Of a stretch of 64,000 nucleotides of DNA, positions 37,636 to 50,894 are shown piece after piece. The first letter of the stretch is position 1, and the number at the start of each line of letters is the position of its first letter. A program made the translations under genes and the position numbers. The DNA is from Octopus sinensis (Eukaryota). The stretch is from assembly GCF_006345805.1 (NCBI RefSeq), contig NC_043004.1, positions 58,032,001 through 58,096,000 of the forward strand. The letters run 5' to 3'. The notes under the pieces are model-generated. The model worked only from the letters and a program-made list of their open reading frames with translations, searched no databases and had not been told where the DNA came from.

Positions 37636-38430
37636 TTAGAATCGTTAGGGTGTTGGTAAAATATTTTGTAGCATTTTTTCCGACTGTCTTCGTTCTGATT
37701 TCAAATCTATCCTAGTGCAACTTCGCTTTTCATTCAGGTTCAATAAAATAAAGTACAAGTACTAAAGTCGGTAATTTTGACTTATCCCATCCCCTAAAAA
37801 TTACTTACCTTGTACCAAAATCAAGAACAATTGTTATTATATTTGTTAGAGCGTCGGAAAATATGAGGTGCAGCAGTTCTTCTAGCTGAGTTCTGAGTTC
37901 TGTTCTGAGTTCAAATCACACGGACGTTAACTTACCTTTCATCCATCTGGAATTAATAATATAAAGCACTTGTCATGTCCTCGGATCGATGTAATCGGCT
38001 GATCCTCAACCTCAAAAAATGCTGGTCTTTTGCCTAGATTAAAGCAATTATCAGTCTCCAGATGGAAGAAAACTTGATTAAAAGTTTTATGATATTTAAT
38101 CATATATCTCACGGCATAAATTCAGATACTTCTCTGGTAAAATTTGTTTTCATCTCGAACGAAGCAGTATACTAACTGCTTGTTATGTGATGAATTTAAA
38201 ATATTTAACTATCTTAACTATCACGCGACTAGTGTAATAGCGAAATAATAGTTTTAGGTCGGTTGATTTCTATCCATCAAGAAAAAAAAATGCTTAGCAT
38301 TATCTGTTCTTGTTCTTCTCATTCTGAGCTTAAATTCTATCAAAATCAACTTTGTCTTTCATCCTTTTGGAGTCGATTAAATAACGTACCAGTCATTTAC
38401 TAGAGTCGATGTAATCACTTAACCCTTTCC
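37636..38430 (+). mobile_element. Cluster of three old family A SINEs
   Basis: Repeated TTCTGA..TCAAAT, TTTCAT.. and AATAAAGTAC/ATAACGTACC cores. Confidence 0.7.
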
Positions 38431-40503
38431 TATATTAACACATATATTAGATATACTGTCTCCCTACATGACATAGATTGGGGATACAGAATTCATTTCA
38501 ATAGTTCCAGAGATAACAAATCTTAAAACAAAAAAAATGGTCTCTCAATTTAACTAATTATCATTAACATGATTGGTGAATCAGTTTAAAGGAACTTTCT
38601 GTATATCTATCTTATAATGTATGGATCGCAGAACCTTGCACCAATAAGAAAAAGGACTGTGCCTGACGGTTGTAGTCTGTTACTTTTCATCATTTTGTGG
38701 GTAGAGTTAAGCGAATTCTTATGAGATGTTAAATAACAATGAAATCGGTCAATTCCATCCTCATCCTATGCAGTCTAAAAGTCCACCGTAGGCCTAATTG
38801 CGCACAAAACTAAATACATATAAGCATGATACTGTATGTCCATGCTGTATTAGTATTGATAATGGTTTCAAATTTTGGCAAAATGCTTAGCGGTTTTTCG
38901 TCTGTCTTTATGTTCTGAGTTCAAATTCCGCTGAGGTCGTCTTTGTTTTTCATTCTTTCGGAATCGATAAGATAAGATAATGTAATCGACTTAAACCCCT
39001 CCGCCAAAACTGATGCCCCTATACCAAAATTTTAAGCCAATATTTTCTCACTGCCATAATTTGTTCGTATAATTCCTTAAGATTTCTGGATAGTCTTTGC
39101 AAAAGCACGAAGGTAATTGCTTACAACGTGTTCATGGCCTGTGCTATTTTAAGGTAGGTGCCATGGTACACGAACATCGGAGCCCAGGAAACCTATGATT
39201 ATATTAATCTTTTGGGCGGCTGCTCTTGGATGCACTCCTTCGGATTAGCATCCGGGCCCACAAGCAACTAAATATTTTTCTGATCGAGGGTGTTCCATAT
39301 GTAGCCAACAAAACCTATATTTTTATTGTTCAGTAACTGGTAAGATTCACAAGATTATCCTACTAGGGATAAAAGAGGATTAAACTTTGATAGTTTATCT
39401 ACTGATTGATTCTTCCTAATATTTTCCCTACCTTTTCCTGATTATGATTATACTAAACGATTTTACTTTGGAGAAACTCGATACGTAATTCTATATTTAT
39501 AATTTCTTCTACTCTCCCTTTCTCATTTGCTAATCTATCGGCATTTTTGTTTTTCATAATATCTGTATAATCCAAAATAACTATTCTCTGTTTATTATTT
39601 TCAAATAAATAATTATCCACTTCTAACAGTATAATTTCAATTCTCGCTTTCAACCAGCATTTTTTATATCGATTGAAATAATTCTAGATTAAATAATCAG
39701 TAATTAACAATTTTTCCAATAGTATTCTGTATCAAAATCTAAAATGATGTTATTATTCTCCACCATTTTGCGTCACGTTGTAAAGTCATGATGTAAATAT
39801 TCATATTTTTATTAAAATTCCAAATATCTCCACTCTTGCTCTGCTGTAAAAAAAATTGCCTCATCTGTATGATTGACCCAATGATTAATAAAAGTCTCAG
39901 TGGATAATCTTATTTGATATTCTTTTTCTTCCTTCATGATTTAAAAAAAAATCCTTATAAAGGATTTTAATTGTTCTTGCAGAGGTTTCCAAACATCACA
40001 TGACTCATTTTATAAAACTAATCAGTGAGCAATTTACGCTTTCCTAGATTTCTCAGTTAATGAGTTGTATTTATTCCCGCTTCATGATAAAATAACTATT
40101 TTGGGAGTTATATTTTAAACAACATAATATTGTTTTTCCTGGTGAATTATACATTTTTCAATAGATTGAAGACGACGTGTGTGTGTGTGTGTGTGTTACA
40201 AAGCCAATTTTGTGTGAAGGAGTATGAAGAAACTAAGCACATTCATTTTGTTCCTTTGATGTACGGAAAAAGAAAGAAAGGCGTTTCTCGATTATCAATT
40301 CGAGTACAGTTCTCCGCTCCTCAGAGAATACTCACTTTATTTCCTTCCCCAATCAAAAGTATAGAATCTTCAACTGAAATATATGAAACTTAGGTTTAAA
40401 TTAGGTTAGAACATTACAGTATAGCCTATTTTTGCTTGTGATGGCTCCATATTAATTAAACAATATGAGGCAGCGAACTGGTGGAATCGTTAGCCAACCG
40501 GCA

Positions 40504-40992
40504 TTAAATCTCCATAGAAAGAGGCCTCTTCTGAAACCATACACTTTCAACAGCGTCGTTTCCACTGATGGGAGAATTCGTGAAACTTCTTTTGATGGGT
40601 GATAGCTGCCTCCGTACTGTCTTGGATTTACTCGGTGTCTTGAAACCTTGTGGGGTATTCCACTGCAAAAACTGAGCATTGGTTTCAGGCTCACAATTAT
40701 AGATTCCCAATTCGTCATCTGTTTTGACCGTTGACAAAAAGTTTTTGCCTTCTTCGACACAATCAAGGAGACCCTGCACAGACTAAACCCAATTTTCATT
40801 TTGAAACGACCATACTCTACACACTTTGCTTCCAAACACTGATATAATCAATGGAAGTGAGCGAGAACTTTACAACTAAGTGTGCACGCGCGACAGAGTT
40901 CAAAGTCAATTTGTGCCGAGCGGCTTCACTCTGTGTACTTTAACTTCGTTACTATAGCAAAAGTTCCGATACATTTTTTTTATCAGACTTCG
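40504..40992 (-). mobile_element. Internally deleted mariner relic
   Basis: FLSTVKTDDELGIYNCEPETNAQFLQW resembles FL.RIITGDE.W.Y.YDPETK.QS.QW; C-terminal WKRRC*KCMVSEEASFYGD; one TIR-like end CGAAGTCTGATAAAAAAA abuts TA at 40993-40994. Confidence 0.75.
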
Positions 40993-41654
40993 TATAACAT
41001 TCTAGAATTTTATTCTTGTTACCTTTTCTTTATTCATTCAAACTTTATGGAAAGATTACTCTTGTTTTAAACTTTAAAAGACGTATACTCAAAACCAAAG
41101 ATATTTTAATGAATATTTAAAAAGCTTGCTTTTGCAATGCATAAAATAAATTCTGTGCCATACTTCTAGCTTGGATGTTAGTTTAGGAGATAAGGAAATT
41201 CAATTCAGGCTTGCAAAACTAATCACGCCTCTTGTATTTGCCTTTTGGATTCTGGGTAAAATAGTTTCAAATTATTCTTTTATCAACCTGAAGGCATTCT
41301 TTGAGTACAACTGTTGATATTTGCTGCGCTCATATATATATATATAAGCACTAAGAGTAAATATGGTTGTATGGTGTTAGCGTCAACTACGTAGGCTATA
41401 TAATTAACGCGTTTCTACATATACAAACTCAATATATAACCCCATACCTTTCTAATGTGGCAAAATTGAGGTACAGCTGACTCGTCAAATTTGTAAAGCA
41501 ATCTGTGTATGTGTGTGTGTGTGTTTGTGTTGATGTTGCTGTTGTTGTTTATGTACTATTTTAAACTTTGCAGACAAGGTGCATAAGAAATATAATATAA
41601 ACATAGTAACAGTAAAGCAGAAGGTTTAGGTGACCTGGTTGACTTCATATTTTG

Positions 41655-41656
41655 AT

Positions 41657-41715
<59 letters not shown>

Positions 41716-41830
41716 GCTTTCTCTCTCTCTTTCTCTAACTCTCTTCCTCTCTCTGTCTCTCTTTCTTTCGCTTTCTCTCTCTTGCTTTAGCTCTATCTCT
41801 CTCTCACTCTCAACCTTTATTAATCTTTCG
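41655..41830. repeat. (CT)n-rich polypyrimidine tract
   Basis: Direct reading. Confidence 0.9.
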
Positions 41831-42327
41831 CTCGCTTTCACTATCTTTGCGTTCTGATTTAATATCCTGCCGAGGTCAGCTTTACCCTTCGTCCTTCCAG
41901 AGCCAATAAAACAAATACTGAAGACGATCTAATCAACGAACCTCCACTGCACAAAACTGATGGCCTTGATCCTAAATTAAAAATTATGAATTTTAAATTT
42001 CTAGAAGTCATAATTTCTAACTTCCCATACGATCACAAGTTTCTTAAAGCTGGAGGTAGCCAACAGAATCTAGTCCCAATATATTTCTGATATTTACTTT
42101 ATTGAAACCGAAATGATGAAAGGCAAAAACAAGATACTAAGTATTTGAACTCAGAATGTAAAGAGACATAAACGAAAACCTCAAACCTTTTAACCTGCGA
42201 TTTTATCATTTCTGTGACAACACTATTTGATTTATTTTCATCTTTTGCAATTTATTATTCAGAATTCTTAAAGTAAGAGAATTATTATTTTTTCTATTAA
42301 TATATACAGCTTTTATTAATATATATA

Positions 42328-42478
42328 GCTTACAGCCAAATCTCGTCCGAGCACCGGAGTTAAGAAACTTCGAGCCTAGTTAGTACTTAGATGGGTGACC
42401 GTTTGGGAAACCTAGGCACTGTCAGTTATCTCCCAGTATGGCCGCAACTCTCAAGCTGAAGCTAGTAAAGAAAAAAAT
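42328..42478 (+). mobile_element. 5S rRNA-derived SINE (SINE3-type)
   Basis: GCTTACAGCCA..ATCTCGTCCGA..GAGTTAAG..GCCTAGTTAGTACTTAGATGGGTGACCGTTTGGGAAACCTAGGCACTGT is 5S-like with a deletion of about 20 nt; followed by CCCAGTATGGCCGCAACTCTCAAGCTGAAGC and an A-rich end. Confidence 0.82.
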
Positions 42479-42530
42479 ACAAACAAGTACCCCAATTTAA
42501 AAACCAATATATATCTATATGCAAATATAT

Positions 42531-42928
42531 TCTTTTCTACTCTAGGCACAAGGCCCGAAATTTTGCGGGGAGGAACCCAGTCGATAAGATCGACTCCAGT
42601 ACGCAACTGGTACTTAATTCATCGACTCCGAAAGGATGAAAGGCAAAGTCGACCTCGGCGGAATTTGAGCTCATTACATGAAGACAGACGAAATACCTAT
42701 TTCTTTATTACCCACAAGGGGCTAAACACAGAGGGAGACAAACAAGGACAGACATAGGTATTAAGTCGATTACATCGACCCCAGTGCGTAACTGGTACTT
42801 AATTTATCGACCCCGAAAGGATGAAAGGCAAAGTCGACCTCGGTGGAATTTGAACTCACAACGTAGCGCAGACGAAATACCGCTAAGCATTTCGCCCGGC
42901 GTGCTAACGTTTCTGCCAGCTCGCCGCC
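42531..42928 (-). mobile_element. Composite family A SINE (head-body-tail1-body-tail2)
   Basis: Internal junction AAAGAAATAGG/TATTTCGTC at about 42696; degenerate flanking repeat TATGCAAATATATT / TATGGAAGTATATT. Confidence 0.88.
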
Positions 42929-42979
42929 TTTGTATGGAAGTATATTACAAGATACATTACCTGCAAGGGATTGTAATAC

Positions 42980-43196
42980 TGGTTTCAAATTTTGGCACAA
43001 AGCCAGCAATTCCGGGAAGTGGGTAAGCCGATTACATCCACCCGGTGTTCAACTGATACTTATTACATTGACCCCGAAAGGATGAAAATTGAAGTCGACC
43101 TCTGCAGAATTTGAACTCAAAAGCGTAAAGATGGACTGAATGCCGCTAAGTATTTCACCTGGCGTGCTAAGGATTCTACCAGATAACCACCTAACT
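42980..43196 (-). mobile_element. SINE family A monomer
   Basis: 13-bp TSD AGGGATTGTAATA at 42967-42979 and 43197-43209. Confidence 0.88.
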
Positions 43197-43230
43197 AGGG
43201 ATTGTAATATTTCAAAATATAAAAATTCTA

Positions 43231-43750
43231 AGGCGACGAGCTGACAGAATCGTTAGCATGCCGGGCGAAATGCGTAGCCGTATTTCTCTGCCGTTACGTT
43301 CTGAGTTCAAATTCCGCCGAGGTCGACTTTGCCTTTCATCCTTTCGGGGTCGATTAAATAATTACCAGTTGCGCACTGTGATCGACTTAATCTGTTTGTC
43401 CTCTCTGTGTTTAGCCCCTTTTGGGTAGTAAAGAAATAGAATTAGGTATTTCGTCTGCCGTTACGTTCTGAGTTCAAATTTCGCCGAGGTCGACTTTGCC
43501 TTTCATCCTTTCGGGTCGATAAATTAAGTATCAGTTGTGCACTGGGGTCGATCTAATCGACTAGCCTAATTCCCCCAAAATTTTGGGCCTTGTGCCAAGA
43601 GTAAAAAGGAAATATACAAATTTTGCCGTGGTCAATTTGTCTTTCATCTTTTCGGAGTCGATAAAATAAGTACCAGCTGAGTTGTGGGGTTGATGTAATC
43701 AACTTGTCTCCTCCCCCGAAATTGCTGGCCTTGTACAAAAATTTGAAACC
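43231..43750 (+). mobile_element. Composite family A SINE, three bodies
   Basis: Head at 43231, junction at about 43445, third body at 43615-43750; flanking direct repeat AATATTTCAAAATATA at 43206-43221 and 43751-43766. Confidence 0.88.
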
Positions 43751-44462
43751 AATATTTCAAAATATAGAATTGCTAAAATTTCTTAACACATGAAGAAAAG
43801 AACAAAAATATGAAAGAGGCAAATTTTTTGTTTATGTGTAATGTTGTTAGTTCTGATGTTATTAAATTAAAATCCTTATCAAAATTCTGAAAACATTTTG
43901 ATTAATCGTTAAACTGACATCGATTATCAATCGATACGATTGGGAAATATGGCGGTAGTGTCTGTAAAATGCACGCAACACTTTTTTCTTCTTCATTAAA
44001 TTTCTCTGGTTTTGTGCATATGTAATTGTGATGATGATGATGATGGTGGTGGTGGTGGCCGCGGCGGCGGCAGTGGCATTTATTATTAGTACTTTAATAA
44101 TACTGAAGAAATGTTCTTATTCCCAATTAAAGCCATTCAAACGTTGAAGTATCTGTAAAGGTCAGTCGAGTTTCATTTTTAATGCCATTCAAACATTTTT
44201 CTTCGGCCAATTGAACCGTTCAAAGTTTTATTCAGAACTTTCCTCAAAACTGCATATTTCATCATTATCGTTCCTTAACTGTGAAGGAGACGATTTTAAG
44301 CACGTAATCAGCATTGAATAATGTCGATATAAATTATTCGAGGCAAACTAAATAGATTTAGCCCTCTATTAAAACTCTATCTGTGGATATCAGTCGTTAT
44401 CTCCCAGACATAATATTACGCGGTTTCCAGTGGAATCAGATATATTCTTTATTTTCCATAAC

Positions 44463-44690
44463 ACTCTCTTTACTCTTTACTCTTTTACTTGTTTCAGTCA
44501 TTTGACTGCGGCCATGCTGGAGCACCGCTTTTAGTCGAGCAAATCGACCCCGGGACTTATTCTTTGTAAGCCCAGTACTTATTCTATCGGTCTCTTTTGC
44601 CGAACCGCTAAGTGACGGGGACGTAAACACACCAGCATCGGTTGTCAAGCAATGCTAGGGGGACAAACACAGACACACAAACACACACAC

Positions 44691-44755
<65 letters not shown>

Positions 44756-44921
44756 TACGACGGGCTTCTTTCAGTTTCCGTCTACCAAATCCACTCACAA
44801 GGCATTGGTCGGCCCGGGGCTATAGCAGAAGACACTTGCCCAAGATGCCACGCAGTGGGACTGAACCCGGAACCATGTGGTTGGTTAGCAAGCTACTTAC
44901 CACACGGCCACTCCTGCGCCT
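44463..44921 (-). mobile_element. SINE family B, full length
   Basis: Reverse-complement match to family B. Confidence 0.92.
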
Positions 44922-45313
44922 ATATCAATATTATTTCTTAACTTGAGTTTTTTCTATCTTGACTTGCATATTACCGCATATAGATATGATAAATTTTAAT
45001 CCTTGTAAATCCATTATATCTATACGTTTTATAACGTTACCGACTAACATTTAAAATGTATAGATATGATGGATTACTCACTCAGTTCCATTTTTCTTTC
45101 TCAGCGAATCCCCGTCTTTTTAGGTTTCTACAAGATTTCATTTTACGATTTCCTTTTTTTTTTTTAACATTACAAAATCTAAGCCTGTTGGAACCAACGT
45201 CAAATTCAATAGTTTTAAACTCTGTCATGATACATTGTAAACGAAATAACATCAACTTTCAATTTGACAGGTAATCTACAGATTAAATGAGCCAGGATTA
45301 GTTTTATCGTTTA

Positions 45314-45701
45314 CTAGCAGTATCGCCCGGCGTTGCTCGGGTTTGTAAGGGAAATAACTATATAAGCATTTTTAGAGAGTTATAGCAAAAAAATAGCAAA
45401 AAAATGCATTAAAAATGGAAAAAATATGATGGTAAATCTTTTTAAAATCGTTGACTCATCGTAGACATTTTTAGAGAGTTACTTCCCTTTAAAAAATATG
45501 CATTAAAATGGAAAAAAATAATGGTAAATTATTTTTAAAATCGTAGACTCATCGTAGACGCGCGCTAATATCCAGAAGGGCTCGATATGAATCACGACTA
45601 TAAGATACCCGGTTTTGGTTAAACTGCACCGCAAAATGTGGAAGTAGTTAGGAATCTAAGTCGTAGGAGACAGACACACAACCTTACTTTTATATATATA
45701 T
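45314..45701 (-). mobile_element. Non-autonomous Helitron with internal duplication
   Basis: Reverse complement of 11384-11682 with CTAG end and hairpin; the internal block ATGCATTAAAA..GGTAAAT..ACTCATCGTAGAC is present twice. Confidence 0.85.
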
Positions 45702-45961
45702 ATTAATCCGTGGTAATGAGAAACGGTAGAGCACCTGGTGTTTTACTTAGTTAATTTTGTTTGTTTTCTTATTTTTCCATCATCATCATCATCATCATTA
45801 TTATTAAGGTGGCGACTGGCAGAATCGTTAGCACGCCGGGCGACTTTGCCTCTGAACCTTTCGGGATCGATAAAAATAAGTACCAGTTGAAAACTAGGGC
45901 CGATATAATCCACTCATCTCCATCTCCCCCAAAATTGCTGCCCTTGTAGAAAATTTAAAAC

Positions 45962-45962
<1 letters not shown>

Positions 45963-46016
<54 letters not shown>

Positions 46017-46165
46017 GTTATTATTATTGTTGTTGTTGTTATTGTTATTATTATTGTTCTTCTTCTTCTCTTCCTTCTTTTTTCTACTTCCTTTTCTTCT
46101 TCTTCATCTTCTTCTTCTTCTTCTTCTTCTTCTTCTTCTTCTTCTTCTTCTTCTTCTTCTTCTCT
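45963..46165. repeat. (ATT)n-(GTT)n-(CTT)n compound microsatellite
   Basis: Direct reading. Confidence 0.95.
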
Positions 46166-46520
46166 TGCTTCCCTTCTTCTTCATGCTGAATGAGTACTAT
46201 GGAGATTTTAGGATGGTCTTTTAGTAATTTCCAAGAGTGTGCAAGAAAAGTTTTATGTATTTCTAGGGGATTGTGCATATTAAAGTAGGGACTGAAAAGG
46301 TTGGCAATTTCTGCAGCAACAAACTCTGCCTCGCATGTCTAGCAGTTTTTCAGTCATCATCTTTTTCATTTGCTGTGTAAATGGTCCATGGATACTGGTG
46401 GAATGTTATCTGCGACGAAGTGAAGTGCAATGTTTGTATCCATTGGGATTTCATAATGGAGAGATGAAGGAATCTACGTGGGGTTGTCATGGCATAATCT
46501 TTGATATATCAAACGGATTG
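46165..46520 (-). mobile_element. Very old RTE-like 3' fragment
   Basis: Minus frame SK*KR**LKNC*TCEAE resembles GKRKRGRPKNTWRREVE; followed by (GAA)n. Confidence 0.4.
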
Positions 46521-46586
46521 TTTTAACATTAGTGTTACTTGTGTCTTTCTGTTGGCCAAGTGTGGTACTTGCAAGTGCACAAAGTA

Positions 46587-47153
46587 TTGGGTTGTCCGGA
46601 AAGTTCGTGCCGATTTTTAAAGGAAAGAAAAAGGTCAATAAATACTTGCCATTACATTTTTAATCAACCAAATATGAACCATTTTGTTGTACAATGCGTC
46701 TCCATCTTTCCTTTAACTTGAAAATATCCTCTTCCCAGAATTGAGGTGGTTTCGTGGCAAAGAATTCATCAAGGTATCTTTTTATGTCATCCAAGGAATT
46801 GAAATTTTTACCATTAAGACTATTCTGCAGAGACCTGAATAAGTGGAAATCCGAAGGAGCAATATCTGGTGAATATGGAAGGTGGGGTAACACATCCTAG
46901 CCGTGCTTCAGGAATTTTTGTTTGGTTCCCAAAGCATCAAGTGCCGAAAAGGAACTTTCTTATCTTTCATTTTAAAGGGTTACAGAATTAGCACAGGTTA
47001 TAGGAACATAAACCTTCTCCCACGAAAAAGATAGCTTAAACTGTGCTCTAAATGGAGGTGTAGTGAAACCCTATTCTATGGACTCAATTATGTTCTAAAA
47101 TAAGTCGAAAAGTAAGCTGCTATAAATTGGCACGAACTTTCTGGACAACCCAA
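46587..47153 (-). mobile_element. Internally deleted mariner element
   Basis: TIRs of about 30 bp TTGGGTTGTCCGGAAAGTTCGTGCCGATTT / AAATTGGCACGAACTTTCTGGACAACCCAA, TA TSDs; ORF 46660-46893 has YSPDIAPSDFHLFRSLQN. Confidence 0.93.
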
Positions 47154-47621
47154 TATATACGTGTATGTTGTTACTCTCTTATGTTCTGGTGCTTTGCGCG
47201 TGTGTAAGAGATAACCAATTTTGATGTTATATTAACTGACTTCGTTGCTGTGTGTAATAATGTTATGACCGTTCTTGAATGTAGAGTTTATCAGTAAGCT
47301 AAGGGCATTATAAACATTTGAATGTGCATCCAAATGGTTGACAAATATTTTTCCATGCAAAAATAAAGACGATTTAATTTTATGAGTGTTATGTTTTTGT
47401 TTTTAATTACTGTTATTAAATGATTGTGGGTCTCAGTGAATAAGCCAATGATCATCAACTAGGAGAAAAATATACTTAAGATTATCTATAAAGCATATAG
47501 TAAGAGGCAGAAAAATAGAATTTACTTCACACCACAGAGAGAGAGGTGGGGCGTGAGTATTTGTAAAGAATGTATTTCTAAACGATTTCCAATTGTCATA
47601 CTGCATTCGTTTCGGTTTGTT

Positions 47622-48006
47622 ACACAAGACCTGATATTAGGAGGAAGTGGATTAAGTCAAGTATATCGACCCCAGTACTCAACTGGTACTTATTTTATCG
47701 ACTCCCTAAAAGATGAGAGGCAAAGTTAACTTCGGCAGGATTTAGAATGAGAGCGTAAAGCCGGAAAAAATGACGCTGAGCATTTTGTCCGACGTGCTAA
47801 CGGTTCAGCCTGCTCGCCGCCTTTCGGTTTGTTGTAATAATGGTTTCAAAGCTTTGGTAAAAAGCCAACAATTTCGAGGGAAAGCTTAAGTGGATTACAT
47901 CGACCCCGAATGGTTGAAAAGCAAAATCGACCTCGGTGGAATTTGAACGAACGAAATGCCGCTAAGCATTTTGCCTGGTATGCTAACGATTCTGCCAGCT
48001 CACCGC
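47622..48006 (-). mobile_element. Two tandem family A SINEs
   Basis: Two heads ending at about 47821 and 48006, delimited by TTTCGGTTTGTT-like repeats. Confidence 0.82.
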
Positions 48007-48450
48007 TTTGGTTTATTGTAAACCAGCTCATTAATTCAACTTGTCGCCACGTATCTTATCAGACGTTGATTTTTTTTCCATATGCACACAGTCTAGAACT
48101 GCAGAAGAGGAAGATAACTTGCTAAGTCTTCATATCTTTCTTAAAGATAAAATTAAAACTGAATCATGGTTTCGGCTCATCGAGTTTTTTGTCCTTACTG
48201 GAAAGCACTCTTATATGTGTCACTGCGCATTTTCGGGTCTTATGTTAATCCATATTACTTTTGATGTGTTATATGAGTGCATGTGTGTCTGCGTGTCTGT
48301 ACATACGCCCCGTACCTATATCCATACACACACACATACATACATGCATACATACATAAATACATACAAGCTCACACGAACATGCAAGCGCGCAAAATTG
48401 TTCAGAGCGTCAGAAAAATATCTTGCAGTATTTTTTCCGACTCTCTCAGT

Positions 48451-48502
48451 TCAAATCTTTCTGCGGTCAAATCTTTCTGCGGTCAAATCTTTCTGCGGTC
48501 AA
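48451..48502. repeat. (TCAAATCTTTCTGCGG)x3 inside an old family A SINE
   Basis: Three perfect 16-bp units at the B-box position. Confidence 0.9.
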
Positions 48503-49862
48503 TTTGCCTTTCATTCATTTGAGGTCAATAAAATAAAATGATAGTCAAATACTGGAGCCAACGCTTCCGTGAAACCCCTCCACTCAGAACTACTGGCTTT
48601 GTACCTAAATCAGAAATTATAATGAGAAAAAGCTAAAAGCAGTTAAACAAAAATTAGGCCTTCGTCAGCTGCCTCATTTAAAGCCATCATAGTTTCGACG
48701 CACGCGTGTGCATGTATATGCATATATGTCCTTGTCTGTAATTATGTTGCTTGTGTTGGGTCCTTTTATGTCACATAAAGCATCAGATCGGTAAATAGAT
48801 ATAAATAATATAAGCGCAAGACTGAAAAATGAACGGAGGGCAATAAGATCGACTAAAACAGACGCAGGCAGCGGCCTAGTAAGATCACAGTGAAATGACG
48901 GAAAAGTAGTTAAAGAATCAAAGAATTTCGATGTAAATACACTAAATAACAAATGTATTATCCCCCAATGTATTCATGAAAGATTAAGCCATTTTAAATC
49001 ACGACAAATCCTCTCTTCTGGTTCAATGTATAAGCGGAAGGGAAGATAAGGCCATTTTTACTCTTTTAAACTTGCACTGGTTTTATTATTCCTTTGGGTA
49101 TAGGCGTTCTCTCAAATTCTTAACGATTTGTTACTGTCGAAATTAATAATTTTTTTTTTTGTTATCAACACATGACCTCTGTCTTTTCAAGTGCATTCAT
49201 CCTGCCATCATTTATACCCTCATAGCGCAAAATATTTGATGGTGGCGATGATGATGATGATGATGGTGATGGTGGTGGTTTGAGTGGCAGTGGTTTGAAT
49301 GGCGGTGGTTTGAGTTGTAATGATGATGATGACGATGATGACGGCGATGATTCTTTGATAATTTCTTTGACAACAAAAAATATTACGTCCAATTGCTACG
49401 GTTGTACCACAAGATTATTAAAGGAAAAGTGTGTGTGTGTGTCTGTGTGTGCATGCGTGTGCGTATGTATGTATGTATGTATGTATGTATGTATGTATGT
49501 ATGTATAACAACGGTCGTGAAGAAATAGCAAATATATACGATATAAAATCTTATAGTAGCAGCGGCAACAATAATGATGGTTGCAACTACAGATGCTCCA
49601 TAGCAGCATTCACAGAACAGAATAGGAAAAAATATATGTAAAATAAAATAAAAGTAGCTGCAACAACAAAAACAAAAAAAAAATCGTTTCCAAACATTTC
49701 CGTTGGACGCTGGAGACTATGAGCACATTCATTCGTACACGTGTACACATACATGCTCGTGCACGCAACCACACGCACACACATGCACACACAAGCTTGC
49801 ACATGCACATCCTTCATTTTGTCTTTTCATCCCCGCTCGACCTCTCTCGCACATTTACTCTT

Positions 49863-49930
<68 letters not shown>

Positions 49931-50031
49931 TCTTTCTTTCTCTCTTTCTTATATTCTTTCTCACGCTTCATCTTTCCTGTTCTCTATCTGATCAATCGAT
50001 CGATCGATCGGACAGATAGACAGACAGACAT

Positions 50032-50079
<48 letters not shown>

Positions 50080-50263
50080 GTAGAAAGATAGATAGACAGA
50101 CAGACAGATAGATGGATAGATGGATAGATAGATAGATAGATAGATAGATAGCACCACATTGCATGAATTTATGTATGCACATCAGTGTGTCAGAGTGTGT
50201 GTGTGTCTGCGTATGTATAGGAGCACTTACCGTTTCCCTTCTCAATTTTTCTCATAGCAATGC

Positions 50264-50302
<39 letters not shown>

Positions 50303-50894
50303 AACTCCCTTTCTCTCACTACTTTTACCTTTCTCTCTGTTGTATATTAGCGATAGAGAGAACGAATTACGGAGAAACGGAGATCGTGTTTGTCTTATAA
50401 TGGCATATATACCTACCTACCTACCTACCTATACATACACACATGATACAAATATGTGTGTGCGTACCTCTGCGTGAGTGTGCGCGCGCGCGTGCTTGTG
50501 TAGTGGGAGCGCCATAAATAAACATGAGCTCTTTATAATTATTCTTCTTTAGTCCGCGAGTGAAACTAAGCAATCATTTTACTCAAAAGACCACGTGTTC
50601 TACAACTATCTTCTCACCTCATTAACCTCACAAATATTCTTACATCTATAATTTAATGCTGTATAGTGGCAAAGCAAAGTTTCTCACTACTCGAGAAGAA
50701 AGACAATTTCGCTCACACCTCACCCACTGTCACACGCATACATGTACATTTAAATCAACAGGTATGATAAACAACAAGAAACTATGCACCTTTTACACCT
50801 TTACATTTATACGTGAGGGCGAGTGGACTCTTCATAGTTATCTTCCTACACTTGTAACGCTTCCGGGCACGTATGCATAAATGTATGCAAAATT

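Noticed and set aside
39453-39900. Possible ancient LINE endonuclease relic
   Set aside because: Too degenerate to recognise diagnostic motifs.
42328-42428. Functional 5S rRNA gene
   Set aside because: Internal deletion, substitutions and a retroposon tail instead of a terminator; the same applies to 5959-6065.
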